Assembly (NCBI RefSeq): GCF_000281045.1
Contig: NW_008246130.1
Coordinates: 112,035 to 176,034, forward strand
From: Saprolegnia diclina VS20
Taxonomy: Eukaryota
DNA length: 64,000 nt
Direction of reading: 5' to 3'
A program made the translations under genes and the position numbers. This document shows, piece by piece, positions 47,533 to 58,833 of the stretch; the first letter of the stretch is position 1; every line of letters starts with the position of its first letter. A model generated the notes under the pieces. It saw nothing but the letters and a program-made list of their open reading frames with translations. It did no database searches and was not told where the DNA came from.

Positions 47533-48375
47533 TTAACCGAGCGTGATGCCAAAGCCAAACTTGTGGGCATCGCCGTCAAAGTTCTTGGCGTCGATCTGGG
47601 CCGACGTCGTGAGCGAGACGTACGGGCGGAGCTTGTTGATCGAGGCGATCGAGACAAAGCCCTCCGAGTTGATCTTGGCGAGGTACGTCGTCTCGGCGTT
47701 GGCCTTGTAGCGGCCGCCGACCGTGAGCGTGTTGCCGGCCGTCTTCGAGTCGTGGTCAAAGACCGCCGAGTAGATGACGTCCTTGTTCACGGCGTGCGAG
47801 AACGAGGCCGTAAGGTTCTTGCAGAGCTTCTTGGCGAGGATCGTGGCCTCAAAGTCGGCGACCTTGTAGCCAATGGCACCACCGTAGTCCGAGATCGCGC
47901 TCTTCTCGAGCGAGAAGCCCGTGTTGGCACCAAGGACAAAGTTCTCGTAGTGGAAGACACCGGCGTTCGAGACGTTGCTGCCGGCAAAGTCGAGCGTCGA
48001 GTGGATCGAAAAGTTGTCCTGGACGTACTTGGCCTCGACCGAGCCGACCTGGCGCGCCGAGCCCTTGTTGGCGCCGTCCTCGAGCTTGAAGCCGAGCTTG
48101 AGGTTATCGACGAGCGCGTTGGCAATCTCGGCCTCACCGATGAGGCGGCCCTGCGTCGTGACCTGGAGCTTGGTGAAGTTGATGCCGCTCGAGTGGTTAA
48201 AGCTCGCGCCGAGCTTGGCGAGGATCGTCTTGTTGGCGGCGAGCGCGCCCTCGGTCGTGAAGGTCACGCCGTTGGCCGTCTTGGTCTTGACCTTAAGCTT
48301 GCGGTTGAAGTCGTAGTCGTCGTTGAGGGTGTCGGCGGCCTTCTTGCCAATGTCCTTGAAGAGCAGAGCGGGCAT
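47533..48375 (-). CDS. VDAC: Voltage-dependent anion channel (mitochondrial porin)
   Basis: FKDIGKKAADTLNDDY, KTKTANGVTFT, AKINSEG and terminal HKFGFGITLG. Confidence 0.97.
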   Translation of the reverse strand: MPALLFKDIGKKAADTLNDDYDFNRKLKVKTKTANGVTFTTEGALAANKTILAKLGASFNHSSGINFTKLQVTTQGRLIGEAEIANALVDNLKLGFKLEDGANKGSARQVGSVEAKYVQDNFSIHSTLDFAGSNVSNAGVFHYENFVLGANTGFSLEKSAISDYGGAIGYKVADFEATILAKKLCKNLTASFSHAVNKDVIYSAVFDHDSKTAGNTLTVGGRYKANAETTYLAKINSEGFVSIASINKLRPYVSLTTSAQIDAKNFDGDAHKFGFGITLG

Positions 48376-49322
48376 GGTAGTCGTGTGGGGCGCGGGGCGA
48401 ATTGGCAACTGACGAGCTGTCTGCGCCACAGGCCGAGCAAAAAAAAGGCAAATTCGAATCTTGCCTCGCGGCCAATCATAGCATCGAAGAAATCTTTTTG
48501 GCCAATCAAAACGCGTAACGTCACGACGCGAATCTGGTTAATCGCGGGGTAGGGCAACGTCGGATTGGCGAAGATATCCGCGCCTCTCCGCGTCGCCTCC
48601 GCCCGCCTGATGATGTCAAGTGCAACGCGCAACCCATCTGCTGCGCCACCTTGAAGCTGCGCAATTGACTGCAGAAAAGGGACGAAGTGTATCGACAGCG
48701 TCCCCGGATTTCTCCCGTTCGAGCGCAGCAGCCAATGCTCCGCCGTCTTCGCACGCACCACCGACCAGCGTCGCAGCCACGGTAGCACTCCCACAATGCA
48801 TGTACTCTTGGTTGTGTGCCACACGCATGGGTGTGGCGAACACCAATGATGCGGCGAGAAGCGACACCGACGAACGCTACCGGCGTCGACTGGACTGCGG
48901 CGCAGAGGATCGGCCAGAATGCAACGGACGCCTGGTACCAAGGTACACACTTGAATGAAGATGACTGTGGCATGTGTGCACGGTCGGAGGCTCATTCGAC
49001 GGTCATGACTCGGTGGACGCATGCAGCTTTGAAGCTCATCAAATGCTGCATGGCGATCGCGGCACGGGCTTCCTCCTCCGACCGAAGAGCGGACTCGGTG
49101 GTGCGGCTGTAGGGAGGCAGATGAGGATCGAAATGACGGCGCCACATGGAGGAGGCTTGACACGTGCTCCTGCTTTACCGCCGTCCTTCGACAGCCGCTT
49201 CAGAGCTGCGCGCGACATTGACCGAGCGAGAACCTGCCGTCCAACTTGCTACGACAAGTCCTCGCACACGACGACGACAACGACGCTTAGCGAAGCGACA
49301 GATTGGATGCTCGAAGTTAACT

Positions 49323-50312
49323 CTATTTCGTGTCCTTGGTCGGCTTGTCCCACGACGAGAAGCGCGTCGTCATGTTCCAAAAGTAGCGCGTGCCGCGGAC
49401 GTCGAGGGCGCTGCGCCAGTTGCCGTAGCGCTGGCCGATGAGGTCGAACTCGTCGTCGTCGTAGCTCATGTTGCTCGGGTTGGCCAGCGGCGGGCCCCAC
49501 GGCAGGTCGCCCGTCTCGAGCACTTCCAGTGGCAGCTACGCGCGAAGGGGTCAAAAGAGATCGTATTGCAGAAGCAGGAGGACCTTTTGCATTGTCTTGA
49601 GCTCGCGCTGGACGTACGCCGTGAGAAGGGCGGTCTGGCTCGGCTTGGCCGACGGCTCGACGTTGAGCACGTGCTTGGAGATGGCTTCGCTGAGCGACCG
49701 CTTGGCGCCGTTCGCGGCAAAGTACTGGTCGTACGCGACGCACTGGTTGAAGCTGCGCTGCTGGACTTCGTGCAGATGCTTGTTGACCGTGAGCTCCGAG
49801 ACGTTCTGGTTGCGGATCCGGACCGTCGTGTCTTCCCAGAGCCGATCAAAGAGCGCTTCTTGGAGGAGCTTGCCAGGGTCGATCTTCTCCTTGGGCGTGT
49901 TGGGCGTCTTGGACGCAATGAGACGGCGGTGCGCAATCCACACATGCAGGATCAAGAGCGCTTGCTGCGACCGAAAGTCCGCCGGCAAGTCGAGCGCGCG
50001 GTAGAAGCTCGGGTGCGCGGCCTGGTTCACGCAGCTGTTGAAGAGCAGCGCCGACTTGGACGTCATCGTGGCTTCTTCGTTAAAGTACCCGAGGAGCTCG
50101 AGGAGCCACTTCCAGCGCTCCATGCGCGCCTTGTGCTTGGGCTCCGTCACGTCAAAGTTGGTGCTGAAGAGACCCGTGTACGGCGCCGGCGGCGGGATCT
50201 GCGTCTTGGTCTCGTACGCGCCGCTGGCGGCGGCCGACGAAGCGACGCGGAAGACCACGTCCTTCTTGACGCGGCAAGCGTGGCGGCCCAGCGTACGCAG
50301 GGTCAGACTCAT
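49323..50312 (-). CDS. UQCC1: Ubiquinol-cytochrome c chaperone (Cbp3/UQCC1) with C-terminal WW-like module, 2 exons
   Basis: Arg-rich presequence; FYRALDLPADFRSQQALLILHVW, LFDRLWED and VAYD. An intron at about 49536-49582 joins it to the WW-like exon. Confidence 0.85.
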
Positions 50313-50975
50313 GGCGATGAATTTACTCGTCCACCGATTTCGCACGACGCCACTTGGTACACCGGGGCACATGTCCAGGCGACGCCAAGAACCGGCTGTG
50401 CCCCGGGGTACTATCGCATGCGGGCTTGTGATTGGCCAATGCGACGATTTGCGATCTTCCAACGGTCGTCGAGTGAAGCAGGAGGACCGGAACGTCGTCG
50501 GTGACGCCACCAGCTATGCTAGCGCCAAGCTTGACTTGTGCAGCGTACAACAAGCCATCGGCGTCGACAGATTCGACTGAAATCACGTGCAACCAAGAAG
50601 AACACGCACAACGCTCCATCAAGTCGACGAGTACAAGAAGCTCCAATTACCTTCTCCACGCATTGGCGCGTCAAGGCAGCGCTTGTCGATCTTGAAATGC
50701 ATTCTAGACGCCATTGTTTGACGGGACTTTGCGCACGACAGTGGGCAATCCGTCGGCTAGCCGCAGACGCGCTGCTGGGTCTGGCGATGAGGGTGCTGGT
50801 ATGACACCGTCGTAGCTGCGTCCAAGAGCTCATCCCCGCACCAAGCCTACCGGTACGTGGCAGCCGCGATGAGACCTTGTTCGATGTGTCATCGTGGGCC
50901 CGTGGCGCGGGCCAATCACGCGCTTTGGTGCGGTGATTTTAGGCCAAACCGGATCTCGATACTTGCCGACTTGCA

Positions 50976-52343
50976 ATGCGGACGGTCTTGTCGCCCGAGC
51001 TCATCGAGCTCGTCGCTCTCTTCCTCTCGGACGACCTGCCGGCCTTTGTTGCTGCACTTGCTCCGTGGGGCCGCACGCCGGCGCTGAAGGCATTCGTGCG
51101 CCTGCAGCATTGCGCAGACGTGGCCGTGGCCTGGCCGCTTGTCACAATCCATCACTCGCTCGCGCCAGCAACACGCAACGCGCTGCGTGGGGCCCTGACC
51201 TTGCGCCCGGCGATCGAGGTCGTCATGCCTCGTGACATCAATATGGCGCTTCTTGTCGCCCCGTATGGTGATTGCATCACACGGGTTCGATTCCCGGGCC
51301 TGCACCCAATGACCGCTGTCGACGGCTACGCCATGCGCGACGCACTGCTGGCGCTTCCACGACTGCGCTCTCTGGAGCTATCGCCACAGATATTCGCACC
51401 GTCGGACGCGTATTTGAATGCGCTTCTCGAGACGCTGGAGCACAAGCATCTCACGGCGTTGCACCTTCACGCTGAAATGCCGCGCGGCGAAGTCTTTCTC
51501 GACAGGCAATTCGCCATCAACCTCGTGCGTTGGCTGCAGCGCCCAAGCCACCGTTGCCTCTCGCTGCGCTCGGTACGCGTCCGACTTGACGACGACCCTG
51601 TGCTGTTGCATGCCCTCCGAGATGCGATTCAGTTGCATCCGCAACTCTCGGCGCAGCTGGTGCACGTCGACATCTTTGACGAGTATGTGCTGCATGGCGA
51701 GCGGCTGCCCCAAGTCTTTCGGCCACAGCGCTGGGCGAGTTCACTCGTCGCGTCGTTGGAGCCGCGCCCGGTCGACCGAATGGCGCGCGCGATCGCCACA
51801 CCAAAGGGTGACGCGCCGGCGTGCAGCTACATCGTCGAAGCCGTCGACGCACCTTCCCTCCCCACGTTCCTTGTGACGAGCCACGGCACGCTCCAGGAAA
51901 TGTCCAAGCTCCTCACGCAGACGCTGCCGACGCTGCCGTGGCTCCGTCTCGTACATCTGCACAAAACGACTGGCGACGACCTTGCTCGCTTGGTCGAAGT
52001 CTTGCCGCGGTGCCAGCGACTGAGCCATCTCGTGCTCTCTGGACCCAATCTTACACCGCCAGTGGTCGCGACGCTCCTGCGAAGGCTGCCACAATGTCCG
52101 TCCATCCGATGGCTCGGCCTTCAGAACCACACCTGCACCCGTAGCGAGCTGATGGCAATGGACGGCTGGCAGCATTGTGTGCGCCGCCTCGAGTACATGG
52201 AGCTGTCATGTAGCCGATGGAGCCTCCAAGACAAGGCGGCAGTGCTGAGCGATGCGCAGCGCCACATGAAGGCGGCCACCATCGTGATCCACGCGTCGCC
52301 GCGCACGAGTCGCTGGGGACTTCGTCGACTCTTTTCGAACTAG
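50976..52343 (+). CDS. RNI-like / leucine-rich repeat hypothetical protein
   Basis: Intronless 455 aa with repeated LxxLxL units (LRSLEL, LTALHL, LSHLVL, IRWLGL) and an F-box-like start LSPELIELVALFL. Confidence 0.75.
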   Translation: MRTVLSPELIELVALFLSDDLPAFVAALAPWGRTPALKAFVRLQHCADVAVAWPLVTIHHSLAPATRNALRGALTLRPAIEVVMPRDINMALLVAPYGDCITRVRFPGLHPMTAVDGYAMRDALLALPRLRSLELSPQIFAPSDAYLNALLETLEHKHLTALHLHAEMPRGEVFLDRQFAINLVRWLQRPSHRCLSLRSVRVRLDDDPVLLHALRDAIQLHPQLSAQLVHVDIFDEYVLHGERLPQVFRPQRWASSLVASLEPRPVDRMARAIATPKGDAPACSYIVEAVDAPSLPTFLVTSHGTLQEMSKLLTQTLPTLPWLRLVHLHKTTGDDLARLVEVLPRCQRLSHLVLSGPNLTPPVVATLLRRLPQCPSIRWLGLQNHTCTRSELMAMDGWQHCVRRLEYMELSCSRWSLQDKAAVLSDAQRHMKAATIVIHASPRTSRWGLRRLFSN

Positions 52344-52449
52344 CTGTCGTGGGCTATTGCTGTTGCATGAGGTAGAGATGTTGGTTTCGCTACAGGAGCG
52401 ATGGGACGAAGGAATAATGCTCCTCGCATCGTAAGAATCAAAAATGAAT

Positions 52450-53914
52450 TTATGGGTCGTAGGGAACGAGGTCTTTTAGAAGAGCCAACTGAACGTCGCG
52501 CGGGGCCTGGAGGAAGGCCAAGCGTCGGAGGTCGTTGCGCCGCAGCTTGTAGATCGCATCGGCATACGCGTATAGACGTGGGACGAGGACGGACGACCAG
52601 AGGTCTCGGCGTCGCTGGCATACGCACGTTGTTGGGGCCACGGACGAGAGCGGGTATGCCCCCAGTTGGACGCGCGTCACGAGGATCGACGTCTGGTCGC
52701 TGTGCAGGCACTGGACCATGTCACCTTGACGGACGCGGAGCATCTTCATGTACACGGCCATCTGAATGCAGTCGTACAAGGGCACGGGGTCTCGGAACCG
52801 ATGCATCCTAATGGCCGGGTCAAGACGATGATTGCGAGTGGTTTGAAAGGACGGTACCGGTTCTTGACCTCGACAACTATCGGCTCGGTGCTCCACTCGT
52901 CGTTCTCGTCAATGTGCAGCACCTCGGTCGTGCCGTCGACCATGCCGCAGAGACTAAAGTAAAACGACTTGATCGAGAGATTTCGGTCCGTATCATCAAT
53001 TTCGTCGTCCTCGTCGTCGATCGTGTCGTTGGGGTTGAGATTGAGATTCAAATTGACGGATTTCGGTCGTTGTAGCTTCCTTTTTGAGATTGCGAGTCGC
53101 TCAATGCAGTCTTCGAGGGCTTCGGCGCGGGCGCAGGCGCAGTTGGCGTCGGCGAGCACTGACACTTGGTCCAAGTCTGGCAACAGGACATAGTAGTACG
53201 TGTCGTTGGAGGCCGAGACCGTGAGCCTGGATGATGCAAACCATTAGCGCAACGTTCTGTGCGAACGAGCTTTCGCCTACCCCGTGCGCGCTTCGTACGT
53301 CTACATACCAATAAGCATCTTAGTCATGTGACTAGAATGGTATCATACCGCGACGGCGATGTTTTCGTTGCGCTTGCCGACGTTAACGCGAAGCTTCTCG
53401 TGGAGTCCGTCCCGCAGCGCCTTGGCTTCAATGGCGCTGAGCTTCTTCGCTTGTTGAGCGCTCGCTGCGATGGCTCCGACATTAGCAGCGAGGGTGTTGG
53501 CCGTCGTGATGTTGGCTGTCGACGTCTCGGTCGCCCAACGCAGGATCTTGGCAAGCGACGCCGTGGCTCCCGACCTGTGCATGAGGTCATCGAGCTCCTC
53601 GTCCTTGGACACGAGCTGCAAGCCAAGGACGCGTGCATCGAGCGCTAAAAGCGGCGCGAGGTCTTGGTAGACGTACTACACGACAATGTGACGGAAACCA
53701 TACAACAGAGAATGCTGCAGACCTCGAGGAAGATCTCGATGGCATCGCCAAACTCGTGCAGGCCCACGACGTTGGCTACGCGAGACGCCGAGAGTCGAAG
53801 CTTGGCTGACGCGACGGCGGGCGCGAGCGCAGCGTACTCTTCGCCGGTGGCCATGGCCCCTGGCAGGCTCGTGGCCGTGGTTGTCCCTGGCGGGCTCGCC
53901 ATCGCCTGCTGCAT
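52450..53914 (-). CDS. YqaJ/lambda-exonuclease-like PD-(D/E)XK nuclease, 5 exons
   Basis: The spliced reading gives LSASRVANVVGLHEF, GKRNENIAVATYEARTG, LCGMVDG, VVEVKNR and YDCIQMAVYM. Confidence 0.8.
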
Positions 53915-53988
53915 GGATTTCCACCTGCATCCGGATTGGCCGGAACCACGACCCGCCGCTGCGTGATTGGTGCATACAGTTGCGTGCG

Positions 53989-54596
53989 ATGAGCCAGCTG
54001 CAGCGGCTTGCGTGGAATGGCCTGCGCATCGGCACCGGCGCCTACTGCCTCAAGACGTACGTCGGCGACATCATCCTCGGCCTCGGGCCGTCCATGACGC
54101 CAACGATCCCAGATGGCACCATCTTGCTCGTGGACCGCCTCTCGCTGCGCTGGAGACCCGTAGCCGCCGGCGACGTCGTCCTCGCCTACTCGCCCGTGAA
54201 GCCCGAGGCTTCCATGTGCAAGCGTGTCATCGCCATGGTATGATTCGCAGCATGCTATGGCTTGCACCTTCGATCGTGTCTTGATGGCCCACGTAGGAAG
54301 GTCAAGTCGTCAAGCGCCGACCCGTCGGCGATGCCACCGAGCCCGACACGATCACGGTACGCCCGATCCATGTCGTTTTCCAGCGCTGAACACGAGATGC
54401 GTAGATTCCGCCGGGGCATGTCTGGGTCGAAGGCGACAACTCGGGCATGTCGGTCGACTCGCGCCACTTTGGGCCCATCCCGCTCGCCCTCGTCTTTGGC
54501 CGCGTCGCGTTCACGGTACAAACTCGCCTTTGACTGGCGTCCATCTCACTCGGCTCCACCTTGTAGCTCTGGCCCAGCTGCGCCCGCGTGCGCTAA
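53989..54596 (+). CDS. IMP1: Mitochondrial inner membrane protease subunit (S26, IMP1-like), 4 exons
   Basis: Motifs GPSMTPT (catalytic Ser), GDVV, CKRVIA (catalytic Lys), GHVWVEGDN and DSRHFGP. Confidence 0.92.
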
Positions 54597-54889
54597 GCAG
54601 CCTTATGAAACAACGAAGATAGATTGCAGCATCGATATCTTGCCTATTCGGGTTTCTCTCGCGGTGGTTTAGAGACCATTGTTGCGTCCAACGCCAGAGG
54701 TTCTCGCATGGTTGCCCCGATGAATCGCACGAGTTGCTACACTGCTTGACCCACAATCAGGTGAAAGAAGCGCGTGCAAATACTCTATTCTACTTGCACA
54801 CCGCGCCCATGCTTCCAAAACTAGTTGAAAAGCACAAAGCCCAATTGACGGCAGCGGCGAGTCGCTCGACGACGGCAGTTGACGTGTCA

Positions 54890-57800
54890 TCATTCAACCG
54901 TATTTACGTCGTCGGTTGCTACAACGTCGACTGTCATCGACGCACACGTCGTGTCGTCCGACACCATCGCCGAAACTCGAAACTGGCCTGTCTGTAAGAA
55001 CGCCACCTGGAAGACATGCACCTGGATCGGGTCAAGCACGGTGTACTCGAGCGCGCCTGCCAGCAAGCAAGTCGCGGCCGACGTTGGTTCGTTTGTCACG
55101 GCGTCCGTCACGGTGACCGCCACAACCAGCTCAACATTCGCACAGTCTTCAACCGACGTTGCGACGTGAACCTCGTAAAAGGTGCCCAGCTTCCATGCAT
55201 CCCGTGCGTCGGTGGTCAGCGCAATGGACGCAGGCGCCTCGGGCACTGGTGGTCGCTCGGGCACTGGTGGTCGCTCGGGCACCAGCAGCGCGCCGCTGGC
55301 GCTCCCGTCGGTCGTTTCCCACGGCAGACGCTGGCACTCGGTTGACGGCAAAGCCACGTTCATGACACTTTGCGGCGCAATGACCGCTCCATCGACACAA
55401 AATGGAATGTCCGCAGCGTTCCAGACAGCGACGCCATTGGTGGACGGGGCGCCGAGGACCGAGACGCCGGCGCGCACGTGCACGCGGAGCACGGTTGTGC
55501 TTTCGCGGTACCACTCGGGGTCTCGCCCGCGGTACAAGGCTCGCAGCTTGACGTCGACAACGTCCGGACGCGTCGACTCAATGCGCAATGGCAGAGGCAG
55601 CGTCGCTTGAGGCGGCAGCCATCGCTAGCACACACATTGACAACCATGCAAATAGACATTTATGATGGCGTACGTCCACGTCCAGTGCGACAGCGTCCCA
55701 AGCAATGCCAAAATCAGAGATGGCGACGCGACCCGGGGCACCGGGAGTGACCATGGTCGTGATTGGGGCGTGGAACCCGTCGGTCTGCCGGTGCACCGAC
55801 AGCAGCAGTGTCACGTCGTCCATGCTTTGCGTCGTTGATGCGTTGCGCAGCGAGATGGGCAGCACGCAGTCTTCGTTAGCAAAGAGCGTCACCGGTCGAT
55901 CGGCGCCTTTCCAGTCGGCCACCGCTATCGCATCGACGACCTGCAGGCACACGGGTCGGGGCAAGAGATACCTACGTAGCACCATTGAGTGGTCTGATAG
56001 AAGAGCTATTCGATTGAATCAAGCGTACTGGAGCATTTGCTGGGGCAAGACGCAGTTGATGCCTTCGAGAACAAGGTCGCCGACGGCTTGAGGGCGCAGC
56101 GTCAAGCGTATCGAAGCTCGCTCTTGGCGCGGTGTAAGACTCGCGGCGGCAGGGTACGCGAGCATGTGGCCGCTGCAGTACGCTTGAAGCCGCGGCAGCA
56201 CCAATGCAATGTCCAGTGGGTTGGCTGCCTCAACTTGAATGGCCACGAGGTCGCCGAGCGCGTAGACGTACGATGTCGCTACGGTCGTTGCCGACGTCGC
56301 TGTCTTTGCCTGGAACGGGTTGTACATGAACGTAGCTTTGGCCGCGACAGGGTCCAAGAGGCGGCGAACGTCGGCCGCAGACACGAGCGGGCGTGGCGCC
56401 AACGGTGTCATCGAGCGAACATCCAGCAGCCGATGCAGGAGCGGGATGACCGTTCGAGTGCGGCTCGCGGGGTCCGACTGCAGTAGCGCCCAGCACGCGC
56501 CTTGCCACATCGCCACGTCAACGTCAGTGTGCAGTTCCAAGAATGGCGTCTCGGCGTCAGCGCTCTTGTCGGTGGTGTCATTACGCCGGTGGGTTTCTTT
56601 CGCGCTGTCCGAGACACCAAAGCTCGTTTGGACGTTGAGGACCGCCGTCATGAGCTGCCGTGGCGTCGAGAGGAGGCGCGGTGTCGTTGCTGCGACCGCC
56701 ATCGTTGTCGGCAGATGCTTGACGCCAAAGAAACTCGCGTTCGCCAAGGCCTTGCGCACGTCTTTCTCGTACAGTGGCGGCGGCGCGTAGTAGACGCTCT
56801 GCGTTTTCGCGTGCAGCGGCGCCGGCACACGATCGGTCTCGGATGTTGACGAGAACGGCTCGAGAAAGCCGTCGTTCCAAATGTTGGACGGCATTTGTGG
56901 CGTATCCGTAGCGGGCTCCGTGTCCCGTCGCAGCGCCGTGAGCAGCTGCAGGAGTGAGAGTGCGTAGCTCACAATCGTGTCGGGCGACGCTTGGCAAATT
57001 CGAGCGATCGCGACCAGCTGGCGCAGCACGAGAAACCGCAAGTGGACCCAGCTCGTCGCGTCGTCGAGAAGCCCGAGCGCGATTTGATCGAGGAAGAGCG
57101 CCGCGCGGAGGTCAGCGACCTTTGGCGGCGACGCAAGGCGGTGCTTGTACACGAGGAGCGACGCAGCTTCGTGAAGGAAGAACGCCTGCTTCCGCACGTA
57201 GCGCAAGTGACCGCACTGCGCCGCCATCTCGAGCAAATGCTGCAACCGGAGGTCCACCGAGAGCGACGAGAAGCAGGTGATGAGCCGTCCGTGGGTCTCG
57301 AGCGCAAGCTGCCGGACCCAAACCGCTTCGTCGACGGTGCCTACCAAAACAAAACTCAATTTCACGCCAAACAGTGCGTATTCCAACCTTTTTGAGTCGA
57401 GAGGCGGGCATGCACGGCCACGTAGTACTCGCCAATGGCCGACACCAAGCGCGCTACGAGGCCAAAGCAGTGTGCCTTGGCATACAACACGATGGCCTCG
57501 GACGCTTTCTCAATGACTTCGACGTTGAGTTTCACATTGGTCGCGTTACCACCTACTGAGGTTCAGAAACGAGCATACGATCGTCGGGCACCTGGAAAGG
57601 GTGGCGCCATGAGCAGCACGAGGCTCGTCACGTAGCCTTCGAGCGCCGCTGCAAGCCAGAGCGTGTCGCTGAACGAGCTCGACGCCCGGCGCTCGTCGTC
57701 GCGTAGGCCGTCGAGGGCCGAGAGGTAAAACTCGAGGGCGTCGCTAAAGCACCCGAGGAGGAGGCTGTAGTCGCCCATAAGCTTGCGCTGCCGCATGATC

Positions 57801-58742
57801 ATGCGCCGTCGGCCGCGCGGCTCCTTCTCCAGCAGTCCTAGCAAGCCCGTGCCTACGTACACATCCAAATAGAAACGAGTCTTAAGCCAGCGCCAGCGTA
57901 CCGCCGCCCGACGACGGCGCCGATGCTGTCGAGGTCGATGGGACCATCGAGCCCGACCGCGTTCGCCCCGGCGTCGCTGCCACTGGTAGCGCTTGCAAAG
58001 GAATGGACGCAGACGCAACACCATCTTGGAGCGGATCGACTTGCGTGTGCAGCAGCCCGAGCTGCGCGTCGGCGGTCGCTTGGTCGGTCGCGGCCGCGGT
58101 GCCCGTCTGCTGGTGCTGTCGCACAGCCGCGCGTATCAAGCTTTCAAGCGACATGAGAATCGTGACGGTGAGCGAGTCCAGCACGACTTGGAGGTGCAGC
58201 GACACCTAGCGACACACGGCGAGAGATTAATAAGACGAAGCAATTGTCGGTACCGTCGTGTGGCCGTCGGACAAGGGCGCGGCGAGCGGGAACATGACGA
58301 GGTTGTCGAGCACGGCGACGTCGTCGAGCGTGCCAGCGCCAAACGCATGCTCAAAGGCAAAGCACTTGTGGGCGATTGTCGTTGGAAACTGCGCCGCGAC
58401 CGTCGTAAAGTGGTGGTACGCTTCCCGGAGGTTCTCGGTCGTCGGGCAGTGGCAGATGCCAAGGAGTGCCAGCGGGCGGCGCGATGCATGAACCTCTTCG
58501 CATGGCACATGGAGCACCTGGTTCATGTCGAGGAAGCGGTACTTGATCGCTTGGGAGCTCTCCCACGAGAGCGACCGGAACGGCGAGAGCTCGGTGCTGT
58601 AGCCGCCCGGCCGCGTCAAGCTGCTGATCGGGATCACAGCCGCGCTCTGGAGGACGCCCATGTACTCTTCGTAGAGCTCCATCGAGAGGTTCCCGACGGG
58701 CATCGTGTACACCAAGATCTCGGCGTTCGCATGCAGCCCCAT
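54890..58742 (-). CDS. TRAPPC9: TRAPP II subunit Trs120/TRAPPC9, multi-exon
   Basis: SPFRSLSW, HASRRPLALLGICHCP, RQRKLMGDYSLLLG, DTLWLAAALEG, RKQAFF, FMYNPF and NPL. Internal boundaries are approximate. Confidence 0.88.
55238..55282. repeat. Perfect 18-bp tandem duplication (2.5 copies) inside TRAPPC9
   Basis: CTCGGGCACTGGTGGTCG repeated, encoding VPERPP twice in frame. Confidence 0.95.
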
Positions 58743-58833
58743 GCCGATGCTGCCGACGCTGGCAATATGCAAGTGGGATCCTCCGGATAATCCACTCGGC
58801 AGACCGGATACGGTGCCAGTTGCGGTTTTCCCG

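Noticed and set aside
50976..54596. Endogenous viral element around the YqaJ-like gene
   Set aside because: No capsid, polymerase, integrase or terminal repeats, and the neighbours are ordinary host genes.
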